Assembly: GCA_963730935.1 (NCBI GenBank)
Contig: CAVSTP010000003.1
Coordinates: forward strand, 192,001 to 256,000
Source: an uncultured Nitrospiraceae bacterium
GTDB lineage: Bacteria > Nitrospirota > Nitrospiria > Nitrospirales > Nitrospiraceae
DNA length: 64,000 nt
Reading direction: 5' to 3'
Below, piece after piece: positions 47,013 to 54,993 of this stretch. A model generated the notes under the pieces. It was not told the DNA's origin. It was given only the letters and a program-made list of their open reading frames with translations, and made no database searches. Position 1 is the stretch's first letter. Each line of letters begins with the position of its first letter. The translations under genes were made by a program, and so were the position numbers.

Positions 47013-47056
47013 AGAAGGAAGGCGGGAGGCCCCAGGAGGATGCAAGGCCTCCCGCC
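47011..47056. terminator. Hairpin between convergent bfr and cytochrome c genes
   Basis: GGCGGGAGGCC/GGCCTCCCGCC 11-bp stem; pyrimidine tract TTCCTTCTTT on the minus strand. Confidence 0.65.
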
Positions 47057-47105
47057 ACTGAGCGGGGCAAGTCGTCTCCCGCTCGTATGCTGATCGCAAC
47101 CCTCC

Positions 47106-48827
47106 CTATTGATAGTCCTCGTTCAACGCTCTCAGAAACGCCACCAGTGCCGTGGCGTCTCCTGCCGTCAACGCGATGCCCTGCAGCTCTGGAGCTCCAT
47201 TTCTCAGGGTCCCCGCTCGTGCGAGCGTCGAAGTATCGCGATAGAACGTGATGATGTCGTTCAGCGTGTTGAACTGGCCGTTATGCATATACGGTGCGGA
47301 ATGACTCAAGTCGCGAAGTCCAGGCGTTTTGAAACGAGCGATGGCACGAAGCAAGAGCACATCATCGGCCGGGCAGGGCATTTGGCCATCGCACAGTATC
47401 GCCCGAATCTTCGTCTGAGGGGCCGGCATGTCATCGTTGCGAAAGACATTCCACACTCCCAAATCCGTCAGCGTGGTACTGGCCGATGGAATCGATCGGA
47501 AGCGTTCGCTCGCCGTGGGATGCTGTTCGGTGGCCGGAAGGTCGTTGGCTGTTCTGGCGGCAAGGATAGGAATCGGTAGAGTGAAAAAATCGCCTGTAGC
47601 ATGCAAGCTGTCGTATTCTCTCTGGGTCGTGCCGGTATTGTGCAGCTTGAAATCGGTAAAGTTGGGCGCCATATGGCAGGCAATGCAATTCCCGACCTTC
47701 CCCGCCGTCAGTTCTGCCGGTGAAGCGACCGGGGCCGCCGGTTCCGCAAGGAACATCTTCAAGCCCTCCAGTTCAGTCGCACCGAATTCGAATGGTTGAG
47801 AATGAAATTGGAATTGGCCATCGGGTCTGTTGGGGTTGGACGTCACGAATTGAGGAGCGAAACCAGGTGCATTCACGAGCGTTCGTAGGCGTCGGCTGTA
47901 GTCGATCGGAGACTCGTTGGGATCCGGTTGTTGAGGAAGCCCGTTTATTTCGAGGAACACGTCGAACGGCGAGCGAATCGGAGCGCCGCTGTCCTCGGTC
48001 TGCGAAAACAGCAGGCCATTCACGTATGCGGCCACGACTTTCACCACGGCATCGAAGATTTCTTGATCCGTGGCCGATGCGATGAACGCGCGGAATTCGG
48101 GTGATAGACGAGACTCATCTGGGATCGCCGGATTGCTACCGGTAAACAGGATACGGTAGGAGAGCCCGCCGAACTGATCGGACGGGTCGAACGATCCGTC
48201 ATCGCCTCGAACCACACTCGCGATGTGCGCAATGGCCTGTGCTCGCTCGCCCGGCAGCCAGCCGAAGTTTCGGCCGGTGAAGGTTCCGGCGACCAGATCT
48301 TCCATGGAGTTGAATTCTGCGTCGAAATGGAAAAGGACACCGCCCGGCCGATCGAGCGCCGAATTGACCAGCGGAGGCGAATTACGGGGCGTATGGGTCT
48401 TGCCGTCGGCGCGAGCGGGGATCGGACTCCGTGATGCAAAATCAGTATAGGTACGCATGCTGCCTCCGGGAGCCGTCAGGAGGTCGTCGACAAAGTGACA
48501 GGACCGGCAGTTCATCGACATCCCTTTGAAGGGCGCTTCGGCGGTAATTGGGGCTCCCAAGGTTTCCACTGAATCCACGACAGGGTCACCTGCATTCGGA
48601 TCGTTGACGTCTCCTCCGCTGTCCAAAAACGCCTTGAACGCCTGGGCAAATCGGGTTTCCATGAACAAGCGCTCGCCGACGGCCTGTTCCGCTCCAGGGG
48701 TCCCTGTGGTCCTGGCGGTGGCAGGAGCACCAGAATTTCCGCTGCCTGAACAGCCTGTCGCGACCATGGTGGTAATAAGTAGGAGTCTTAAAGTAGACAG
48801 AAAAAATCCGCAAGGCGTTGGGAACAT
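47106..48827 (-). CDS. Di-heme cytochrome c peroxidase/MauG-superfamily lipoprotein
   Basis: Lipobox ATGC, GERLF.E.R, CRSCH and CIACH heme motifs, PRNSPPLVN, FKTPGLRDL..SAPYMHNG; AGGAGGAG SD before ATG 48827. Confidence 0.85.
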   Translation of the reverse strand: MFPTPCGFFLSTLRLLLITTMVATGCSGSGNSGAPATARTTGTPGAEQAVGERLFMETRFAQAFKAFLDSGGDVNDPNAGDPVVDSVETLGAPITAEAPFKGMSMNCRSCHFVDDLLTAPGGSMRTYTDFASRSPIPARADGKTHTPRNSPPLVNSALDRPGGVLFHFDAEFNSMEDLVAGTFTGRNFGWLPGERAQAIAHIASVVRGDDGSFDPSDQFGGLSYRILFTGSNPAIPDESRLSPEFRAFIASATDQEIFDAVVKVVAAYVNGLLFSQTEDSGAPIRSPFDVFLEINGLPQQPDPNESPIDYSRRLRTLVNAPGFAPQFVTSNPNRPDGQFQFHSQPFEFGATELEGLKMFLAEPAAPVASPAELTAGKVGNCIACHMAPNFTDFKLHNTGTTQREYDSLHATGDFFTLPIPILAARTANDLPATEQHPTASERFRSIPSASTTLTDLGVWNVFRNDDMPAPQTKIRAILCDGQMPCPADDVLLLRAIARFKTPGLRDLSHSAPYMHNGQFNTLNDIITFYRDTSTLARAGTLRNGAPELQGIALTAGDATALVAFLRALNEDYQ

Positions 48828-48842
48828 GATCACTCCTCCTGA

Positions 48843-49517
48843 TCAGTTTAAAATAAGGTTCGGTCGTTGCAGGCAGTGCCCACACATCTCGACAAGCTGA
48901 GGATCGAATTGTGTACCCGATGCGACGGTGAGAATACGGTAGGCCGCTATGTTACGTGCGTCCTGATCGATCGCTCCGGGGATCTGGATGGCGTCGAAGG
49001 CGTCCGCAATTGCGAGGACACGAGCCTCGATTGGAATGAAGGTTCCTCGTATCCCATAGGGATATCCTGATCCATCCCATCGTTCGTGGTGGTGTGCGAT
49101 GATCACCGACGCATTTCCGAGAAACCGGTATGGTTCAAGCCATTGAGCACCGGTTCGTGGATGGCATTGGACGGCAGTATACGATTCACCATCGAGATAG
49201 CCGGCATGCGCATGCAGCCTGCTGGGCAATGCTAACAGACCAATGTCGTGGAGCAGTGCCGCGAGCGTCAAATGGTGCCATGCATCTCGACAGAGACCTG
49301 CGGCTGATCCGATGGCCTGTGCCAGGGCGGCGGTTCTCCGCGCATGTCCTTGCTGCCATGGCAGGGCCTGATCCATTATCTTCGCCACTTGCCGGACGAG
49401 AACGGCTTCGATATGGGGCCGGGCTGAACTGGGTAGCCGAAGGACATCAATCGTTCGAAGTGCCAATCGGATGCGTTCCAGTGCTGAATCAGTGCTGATC
49501 ATTGGAATCGACTGCAT
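48843..49517 (-). CDS. Stand-alone HD-GYP domain protein
   Basis: ALLHDIG, HP..GA, HHHERWDGSGYP, IP..ARVLAIADAFDA, GTQFDP; start uncertain (49517 or 49532). Confidence 0.85.
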   Translation of the reverse strand: MQSIPMISTDSALERIRLALRTIDVLRLPSSARPHIEAVLVRQVAKIMDQALPWQQGHARRTAALAQAIGSAAGLCRDAWHHLTLAALLHDIGLLALPSRLHAHAGYLDGESYTAVQCHPRTGAQWLEPYRFLGNASVIIAHHHERWDGSGYPYGIRGTFIPIEARVLAIADAFDAIQIPGAIDQDARNIAAYRILTVASGTQFDPQLVEMCGHCLQRPNLILN

Positions 49518-49530
49518 GACGTGCGCTCGC

Positions 49531-49567
49531 AAACAAAAAGCCCAAGATCCTGTCTCGATCTTGGGCT
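49531..49567 (-). terminator. Intrinsic terminator immediately upstream of the HD-GYP gene
   Basis: Minus strand AGCCCAAGATC-gagacag-GATCTTGGGCT followed by TTTTGTTT. Confidence 0.8.
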
Positions 49568-49604
49568 CTGGGTGAACAACCGCTGGCCTCTACAGATATT
49601 TACG
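49563..49604 (-). repeat. Shared cis-element, copy B
   Basis: CGTAAATATCTGTAGAGGCCAGCGGT-tgttcac-CCAGAGCCC; similar to 52914-52964. Confidence 0.6.
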
Positions 49605-49620
49605 GACTGAAGTTCGAATG

Positions 49621-50139
49621 CTAGCTCTCTTCTCCTCGCTTCCCTGCCATCAACGGTTGCCCCAAGATCCACATCTCATACAATGGCACAGCCATCATGA
49701 CGAAGAAGCTGAGCATCATGAGGGTGTCTCCCGTGAGCATGGTCAACACAAAGACGGGGGAGACATAGCTGATCAGCCACGGCGAGATGAGATCGAGAAT
49801 AACGCCGCCGAATCCTGACCAGGTCAGGGCAGCCTTCAAGGCATGGCTGGCATTGGTGAGGAACATGACGTGCACCAAAATTATAAACACGACCGGCATC
49901 GTGAAAAGGTGAAAGTGCGTGACCTCGGCCAATTCGCGGAACGACATCGGTTCGCCGAACGTCGCGTCTGACCCTCGATAGTGATCGGCAATGCCTGATG
50001 GCGATAATCCGGTCATACTGTGGGCCCAAAAAAAGGAAAACAAGAAGCCGGCCAACATCAACAGTAAGAACAACGTGTACAACAGCCGAATATGACGATC
50101 GGAGTCACGGAGCCTGAATCGCTGATTGAAGTTGCGCAT
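49621..50139 (-). CDS. Four-TM membrane protein with several His residues (possible cytochrome b-like partner)
   Basis: Hydrophobic segments; IADHYRG, EVTHFHLFTM, ILVHV; directly downstream of the FMN-binding protein. Confidence 0.8.
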   Translation of the reverse strand: MRNFNQRFRLRDSDRHIRLLYTLFLLLMLAGFLFSFFWAHSMTGLSPSGIADHYRGSDATFGEPMSFRELAEVTHFHLFTMPVVFIILVHVMFLTNASHALKAALTWSGFGGVILDLISPWLISYVSPVFVLTMLTGDTLMMLSFFVMMAVPLYEMWILGQPLMAGKRGEES

Positions 50140-50161
50140 GCGGGACGCGTGGTCCGCTTTC

Positions 50162-50839
50162 TCAATTACCGAACACCGAGCCCCAAAAACCCTTTTCGGC
50201 TTTTCGCGCGGCGATGGTGTCGCTGCCTAATCCGACAGGTTTTAAATAAAATTCATCAACAAGGACCAGGACGCGCTTAACTCCAGCGCTGAAAGAGCGC
50301 ACAGACATGGTGGCTCCGCTGATGTTGATGATGTCTTTATTGATGCGGATCGGATCGTGAACTGTCTTGCCTTCGTACTGGACATTGAATCGTTTGGTGC
50401 GTACCTCGCTGCCTTTGGCCTCTCGGAAGACGAGCAGTTCGACATCGGTGCAAGCGCCCGTTGGGTCGACTCCGACCATATAGGTCATGGGCTTATGCTT
50501 GCCGATCGTGTTCTGAATTAACGCATATCCGTCAACTCTGGTGCCGGTTTCGCCAACGAAGACTTCAAAAGATTCCTCAGGAAATTTCCACCCGATTCGC
50601 TCTTCGATCTGAGCTTTCTTTTCCGGTGTAAGCCGGATGACATCCTGCCGAATGCGTTCGGAATTCGGCAACATGATTTTGAGTGCCTCCTCCTCCGTCA
50701 GAAAAACCTCCGCATGAGTCATTTCTTGTTCGGTCAGGAAGCGTTTGAGTTCGGCATCCCAAATGCGCTCGCTCCAGGCCGGCGTTGCAAATGCGATAAA
50801 CAGGCATAGGCTGCTAAGAAATGAGGCCAGAGGTTTCAT
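50162..50839 (-). CDS. Exported FMN-binding (flavinylation substrate) protein
   Basis: Signal peptide (PAWS), GKHKPMTYMVGVD, FRE..GSEV, DIINISGATMS with the [S/T]GA[S/T] flavinylation motif; ATGA overlap with the upstream gene. Confidence 0.88.
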   Translation of the reverse strand: MKPLASFLSSLCLFIAFATPAWSERIWDAELKRFLTEQEMTHAEVFLTEEEALKIMLPNSERIRQDVIRLTPEKKAQIEERIGWKFPEESFEVFVGETGTRVDGYALIQNTIGKHKPMTYMVGVDPTGACTDVELLVFREAKGSEVRTKRFNVQYEGKTVHDPIRINKDIINISGATMSVRSFSAGVKRVLVLVDEFYLKPVGLGSDTIAARKAEKGFWGSVFGN

Positions 50840-51297
50840 GATGTTGCACATCCTTTTTCGTGTAACTTAGAGTTCAATTGGTTGGAAACATCGTTCAGCA
50901 CCTCTTCCGAGGGGTCGATTGGCCACCACCGGGTAGCTGCCTGCGTAACCCCGCCCTTTGCATGCCACCGCTGGCGGGTTTCCAAAATGCTGACCGCTGC
51001 TACGTCATCCATGCGTTTGACCGCCGCGCTGAGCCGGGCGCGTTCGCGGTTGCCGAATCCTTCCCTTCCGAAGGCCCCGTAGGTTCGTTCCTTACCTTCC
51101 ATTTCAATCCAGGCGGTTTCTATGACGCCCTTTTCTTTGTTTTGGCTTGTGATGGAATGGCCTTTGAGCGTATCGATGGCCGCATCCCATACGGTGTCGT
51201 ATGCGCAGGTGTAATAATGATCATGACTGCCGCTTACCGCGGCGCATCCAGCGGCGAGCACCAGGAAGGAAAGACAAACGATGTTGTTCACGCTCAT
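50836..51297 (-). CDS. Lipoprotein (possibly BamC/NlpB-like fold)
   Basis: Lipobox LAAGC; YDTVWDAAIDTL...KEKGVIETAW pattern. Confidence 0.75.
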   Translation of the reverse strand: MSVNNIVCLSFLVLAAGCAAVSGSHDHYYTCAYDTVWDAAIDTLKGHSITSQNKEKGVIETAWIEMEGKERTYGAFGREGFGNRERARLSAAVKRMDDVAAVSILETRQRWHAKGGVTQAATRWWPIDPSEEVLNDVSNQLNSKLHEKGCATS

Positions 51298-51318
51298 GTT
51301 GTACCTGAATGTGGATCA

Positions 51319-51354
51319 TGTGGGGCTCTTTCATTCGCACGAAAAAGCCCCACG
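51319..51354. other. Intergenic hairpin between the porin and lipoprotein genes
   Basis: GTGGGGCT...AGCCCCAC inverted repeat; no clear downstream U tract on the minus strand. Confidence 0.55.
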
Positions 51355-51362
51355 ATAACGAC

Positions 51363-52865
51363 CTAGAAATACGTCGCTGCTGAAATGACAAATGCGTTGT
51401 CGTGAATACGCTGACCGGAGTTTGGATTAAAAGACATCGGCAGATATTGGTAACTCATCTTGAATACGCAATCTTCGATGGGCCGGTAGTTCAAGCCGAA
51501 CGAGATTTGCTCCAGGTTGCCCTCGTTTTCCCCTTTGTTATCCATGTTGAGGTTAACTCGGTCGTACCGAATGACGGCCGTGAAGGTTGACCCCTCGCCG
51601 AATCGTTTCGGTGACCAGTTGGCCAGGAACGCAGGCATGAAATGATAGTTTGCTTGGATGTAGTACCCTTGCATTCGCTGTGGTGGAGCGGCAAACGAGT
51701 TCAGCGTGTTGACCCCCGTGAGTAAGGAACCAGGACTGAAACCGAAGGTACTCCCAGGGATCGCCCGGGAGTTACCGCGAGCATAGGACCAGGCTGCTTC
51801 ACCGATGAGTTCAAACGGACCTTTTTGAAGTGTCCAGTCGATTGCTGTGATACTTAAGGGGTTATAGCTGGATGGAGAGGCATTGCCAAAATATCCCGAT
51901 CCGGCAACCTCCACGCCAAGCATCGGGCTGAAGGCCAGACGACCTGAGACAGCCTTTCCGTTATTAATGTCAAGCCCGTCAGCGGTCTGTTCACATTTCC
52001 GTTGGCGAGTATTCTTTGTCCCGTTTTCCTCGTTAGCACGTGGGGACCCGTCACTGTTATACCCACAAGGGCCTGTTGTGAAGTACAACTCATAGTCCAG
52101 CTTACTGGTCCTTCCCGGGTAGAATGTCCCGTAAAAGCCTGCGCCGGTTTCTGACATGGTTGATGGGACGACGAACTGGGCGACAAGTGGCCGATCGGTT
52201 AAGTCGTTCAAGGGCGAGTCGTGCAGCAGGTTGAACTTGCCGATTGGAATGAGCAAAATTCCTGCCCGAATATTGAAGGGTTCATTCACCAGGTAGTCGA
52301 TATGAGCGAACTCCAGACTAATTTCGATTTCACCGGCCCCTCTAATCCCATGTTCGATCTCAAGTTCTGATGCGAACTTCACATGCTCGGTGATGTCGGC
52401 GTAAATGAATGGCACGAAACGCTGCTGGTCGAATCCGTTGGTCGTACCCTGGTCACCCCGTATAGCGTTATAGTCTCCCGTTTCGAGGACACCCTTTTGG
52501 TGACTCCGATATTGAATGTCCATGTAACCGCCGACAATGGCTTTGGGCGCAGCCACGAACGGTTTGGCGTAGACCAAGCGGCCTGATCCGGTCGATCCAA
52601 AGCCTAATGGAACTTTTTCCTCCCCCTTCCGCTCGACTCTGACCTCGCTCATCGGACCTGTGGGTACCGGGTACTGAGGAGCAGCTTCCTTCTGTTCCAT
52701 ACTTCGCTCGGCTGCGCCTTCGCGTCGTTCGTGCTCCTGCATCTTCCTGTTGACTGCCTCATCAACCATCTTTTGAATTTCCTCGGGGGTCATGTCGGCG
52801 GCCAGGGCCGGCATCACCGGCAAGCTTGCGATCACGAGAGTCCCGAGGATTGACCTGATCCTCAT
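51363..52865 (-). CDS. Outer-membrane beta-barrel (porin-like, not TonB-dependent)
   Basis: Signal peptide (ALA), N-terminal coiled coil, amphipathic strands, FASELEIEH...LEFAHIDY...RAGILLIPIG...DRP, C-terminal ATYF; GGAGG SD. Confidence 0.8.
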   Translation of the reverse strand: MRIRSILGTLVIASLPVMPALAADMTPEEIQKMVDEAVNRKMQEHERREGAAERSMEQKEAAPQYPVPTGPMSEVRVERKGEEKVPLGFGSTGSGRLVYAKPFVAAPKAIVGGYMDIQYRSHQKGVLETGDYNAIRGDQGTTNGFDQQRFVPFIYADITEHVKFASELEIEHGIRGAGEIEISLEFAHIDYLVNEPFNIRAGILLIPIGKFNLLHDSPLNDLTDRPLVAQFVVPSTMSETGAGFYGTFYPGRTSKLDYELYFTTGPCGYNSDGSPRANEENGTKNTRQRKCEQTADGLDINNGKAVSGRLAFSPMLGVEVAGSGYFGNASPSSYNPLSITAIDWTLQKGPFELIGEAAWSYARGNSRAIPGSTFGFSPGSLLTGVNTLNSFAAPPQRMQGYYIQANYHFMPAFLANWSPKRFGEGSTFTAVIRYDRVNLNMDNKGENEGNLEQISFGLNYRPIEDCVFKMSYQYLPMSFNPNSGQRIHDNAFVISAATYF

Positions 52866-52913
52866 TCCAAACCTCCATAAGGTAAGTGGTAGTGGTCAGA
52901 CTCGGGACTCGAC

Positions 52914-52964
52914 GGTCTCTGGTCATCTTGATTTCAATACGGCTGTGCCTCGACGATATTTCCG
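52914..52964 (-). repeat. Shared cis-element, copy A
   Basis: CGGAAATATCGTCGAGGCACAGCCGT-attgaaatcaagatga-CCAGAGACC in the porin leader; similar to 49563-49604. Confidence 0.6.
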
Positions 52965-52977
52965 AAAGCCTCCTTTC

Positions 52978-53163
52978 TCATAGCCGACTTGATGATGGGG
53001 CGTTCCTCCATCCCTGGATCGAGGAGAAGGGAATGACCACGATGCGTTTACATCGTTTGCATTTCAGCTCCAAGCTTTGGCCTCTGACTTTTGCGATTAA
53101 TTGGCCGCATTCGCAGCGGGTTTCAGATGTTTCGGCGATCGCGTGTGAAGGACCAGTGATCAT
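52978..53163 (-). CDS. Small Com-family-like Cys4 zinc-finger protein (61 aa)
   Basis: ETRCECGQLIAK...LELKCKRCKRIVVIP resembles the Mu Com pattern RCxxCxKLL...IEIxCPRCKR; AGGAAG before ATG 53163. Confidence 0.75.
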   Translation of the reverse strand: MITGPSHAIAETSETRCECGQLIAKVRGQSLELKCKRCKRIVVIPFSSIQGWRNAPSSSRL

Positions 53164-53176
53164 AAGGCGACTTCCT

Positions 53177-53195
53177 GATATTGAGAACAATTATT
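53177..53195. promoter_or_regulatory. Fur box
   Basis: GATATTGAGAACAATTATT, 14/19 match to GATAATGATAATCATTATC; AT-rich island just downstream of a promoter. Confidence 0.8.
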
Positions 53196-53208
53196 AAAAT
53201 CGCTGGCG

Positions 53209-53237
53209 AGTATAGCGACGTCCTCCTACACTGTCAA
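53209..53237 (-). promoter_or_regulatory. Sigma70 promoter of the Com-like/porin operon
   Basis: Minus strand TTGACA (53237-32), 17 nt spacer, TATACT (53214-09). Confidence 0.8.
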
Positions 53238-53298
53238 GAGGTGTCCCTCGAGGGATCGTGCTCCCCTTGGATCGAGGCGATGCCGTATAATCACGGTA

Positions 53299-53910
53299 AT
53301 GGTGCCTATGTCATCCGTATGGCGGTCCTGTGCGGTAGGACTCATCTTCCTGCAGGGCTGCCTAAGTGAACTCCCTGCCGTGCCTGAGGAGGGGATCGTC
53401 CAGTCGAATGTTGCTGTCGGGCGGGTCGTTGCTGTGCTCACCGGCGAGCGGAGGCGGATCTACGAGCCAGCTGTCAGATCGTTCGAGGTCCAGAATAGGC
53501 AGACCAAGGAACGTTTTACGGTCGAGATAGAGTCGGACGACGAACGATTCATTCTGCCACTTGCCCCAGGTGAGTATGAATTGATCCGCGTTCAAATCAA
53601 TGAAGGCCCTTTCTTGTCGATCGCCCAACTGGCGTCGACGTTTTCGATTGGCCGAGATCCGGTCACCTATCTGGGAACCTGGAGGTTCGGAGTTGATTCT
53701 CCGAAATATGGCCGGATGGTATCTGTGTCCATGGTCAGTGACGAAGCAGACCGCGCTCACGCAATCGAAACACTCACACACGAAGAGCCGTCGTGGGAGG
53801 CTGGCACTGTTCCCACTGTGCTGCCTGATCCGACAGAAGTGCAGGCGCGTCTGTACGAAGTCATGCCTTATCCCCGAGTGCCCCGCTATTTCCGTCGCCA
53901 CTGGTGGTGA
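53299..53910 (+). CDS. Lipoprotein of unknown function
   Basis: Lipobox-like LQGC; FILPLAPGEYEL and VTYLGTW beta-sandwich-like motifs; overlaps the apbE ORF. Confidence 0.75.
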   Translation: MVPMSSVWRSCAVGLIFLQGCLSELPAVPEEGIVQSNVAVGRVVAVLTGERRRIYEPAVRSFEVQNRQTKERFTVEIESDDERFILPLAPGEYELIRVQINEGPFLSIAQLASTFSIGRDPVTYLGTWRFGVDSPKYGRMVSVSMVSDEADRAHAIETLTHEEPSWEAGTVPTVLPDPTEVQARLYEVMPYPRVPRYFRRHWW

Positions 53911-53921
53911 AGCCCTACTAC

Positions 53922-54965
53922 ATGAGCCTCAAGCGCACCATGGCCGTTGTCTGTCTGGGTGTTGCAATTCTGTCTTGTGCTAAAGGCGGGTCTCCTGAAC
54001 TTCTCTTGGTGACGGTGAAACGGACACAGATGCATATGGGCACGCTGGTGTCCATCACCGCGGTTGGACGGACACAAGAGGAGGCCACTGCCGCCATTAC
54101 CGCCGGGTTTCAGGAAGTGAAGCGCCTCGAACAATTGCTGAGTACATGGATTCCCGATAGCGAGCTCTCACAGGTCAATGCTGCTGCAGGGCGAAGCCCC
54201 GTACGGGTCAGCTTGGAAACCATGGTGCTTGTGAGAAAATCGCTCCAGGTTGCCGAAATGACCGAAGGGGCGTTCAACATCGCCATTGGCCCGGCCGTCG
54301 ATGCGTGGAATATCTCGGCCGAACCTCGGCTTCCGACTGCTGAAGAATTGGCCGCTCTCAAGCCGTTGATAGATTTACAGCATGTGCATACGGACGTCTG
54401 GGAGCGGACGATTTACCTGGAAAAGCCCGGTATGCGCGTCGACGTGGGAGGTATCGGTAAAGGCTATGCTGCCGATCAGGCCGTTCTGGTGATGAAAAAG
54501 GCAGGAGCGGTCGCCGGCGTCGTGGCATTGTCTGGCGATATCAAGGGCTTCGGACGTTTGCCGGATGGTGGAGCTTTTCGGGTCGGAATCCAGCACCCTA
54601 GGAAGGAGGGCGAAATCATAGCGGAGATCAATCTGCAAGACGAGGCCATTTCAACTGCCGGCGATTACGAGCGGTTCTTCGAAAAGGATGGTATCCGATA
54701 TCATCACATCCTGGATCCCAACACGCTGCAACCGGCTAGGGGCTGTCAAAGTGTGAGCGTGATTGCCAAGGAAGGAATTTGGGCCGACGGCCTTGATACC
54801 GGCATTTTCGTGCTGGGCGCTGAGCGAGGCATGGAACTGGTCGAGCAGTTGGAAGACGTCGAAGCGATCATCGTCGACCGAGATGGCCACGTGCTGATCT
54901 CATCCGGACTGCGAAACCGAGTGCGATTATCGCTCCGACTCGACGAGTTGAAACTCAATCACTAA
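53922..54965 (+). CDS. apbE: FAD:protein FMN transferase ApbE (lipoprotein)
   Basis: MGTLV, SELSQVN, GAFNIAIGP, DVGGIGKGYAAD, STAGDYERFF, YHHILDP, ADGLDT; start 53904-53940 uncertain. Confidence 0.93.
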   Translation: MSLKRTMAVVCLGVAILSCAKGGSPELLLVTVKRTQMHMGTLVSITAVGRTQEEATAAITAGFQEVKRLEQLLSTWIPDSELSQVNAAAGRSPVRVSLETMVLVRKSLQVAEMTEGAFNIAIGPAVDAWNISAEPRLPTAEELAALKPLIDLQHVHTDVWERTIYLEKPGMRVDVGGIGKGYAADQAVLVMKKAGAVAGVVALSGDIKGFGRLPDGGAFRVGIQHPRKEGEIIAEINLQDEAISTAGDYERFFEKDGIRYHHILDPNTLQPARGCQSVSVIAKEGIWADGLDTGIFVLGAERGMELVEQLEDVEAIIVDRDGHVLISSGLRNRVRLSLRLDELKLNH

Positions 54966-54993
54966 CATTGGACAGTCGTTTTATCGGGTATGG

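Noticed and set aside
49531..49620. HD-GYP leader as a known c-di-GMP, guanidine, fluoride or ZTP riboswitch
   Set aside because: I could not match the consensus cores of these classes by eye; kept instead as an unnamed shared element pending an Rfam scan
52978..53163. Com-like gene as evidence of a Mu-like prophage
   Set aside because: No mom/methylase, transposase or structural phage genes nearby; the context is a Fur-regulated host operon
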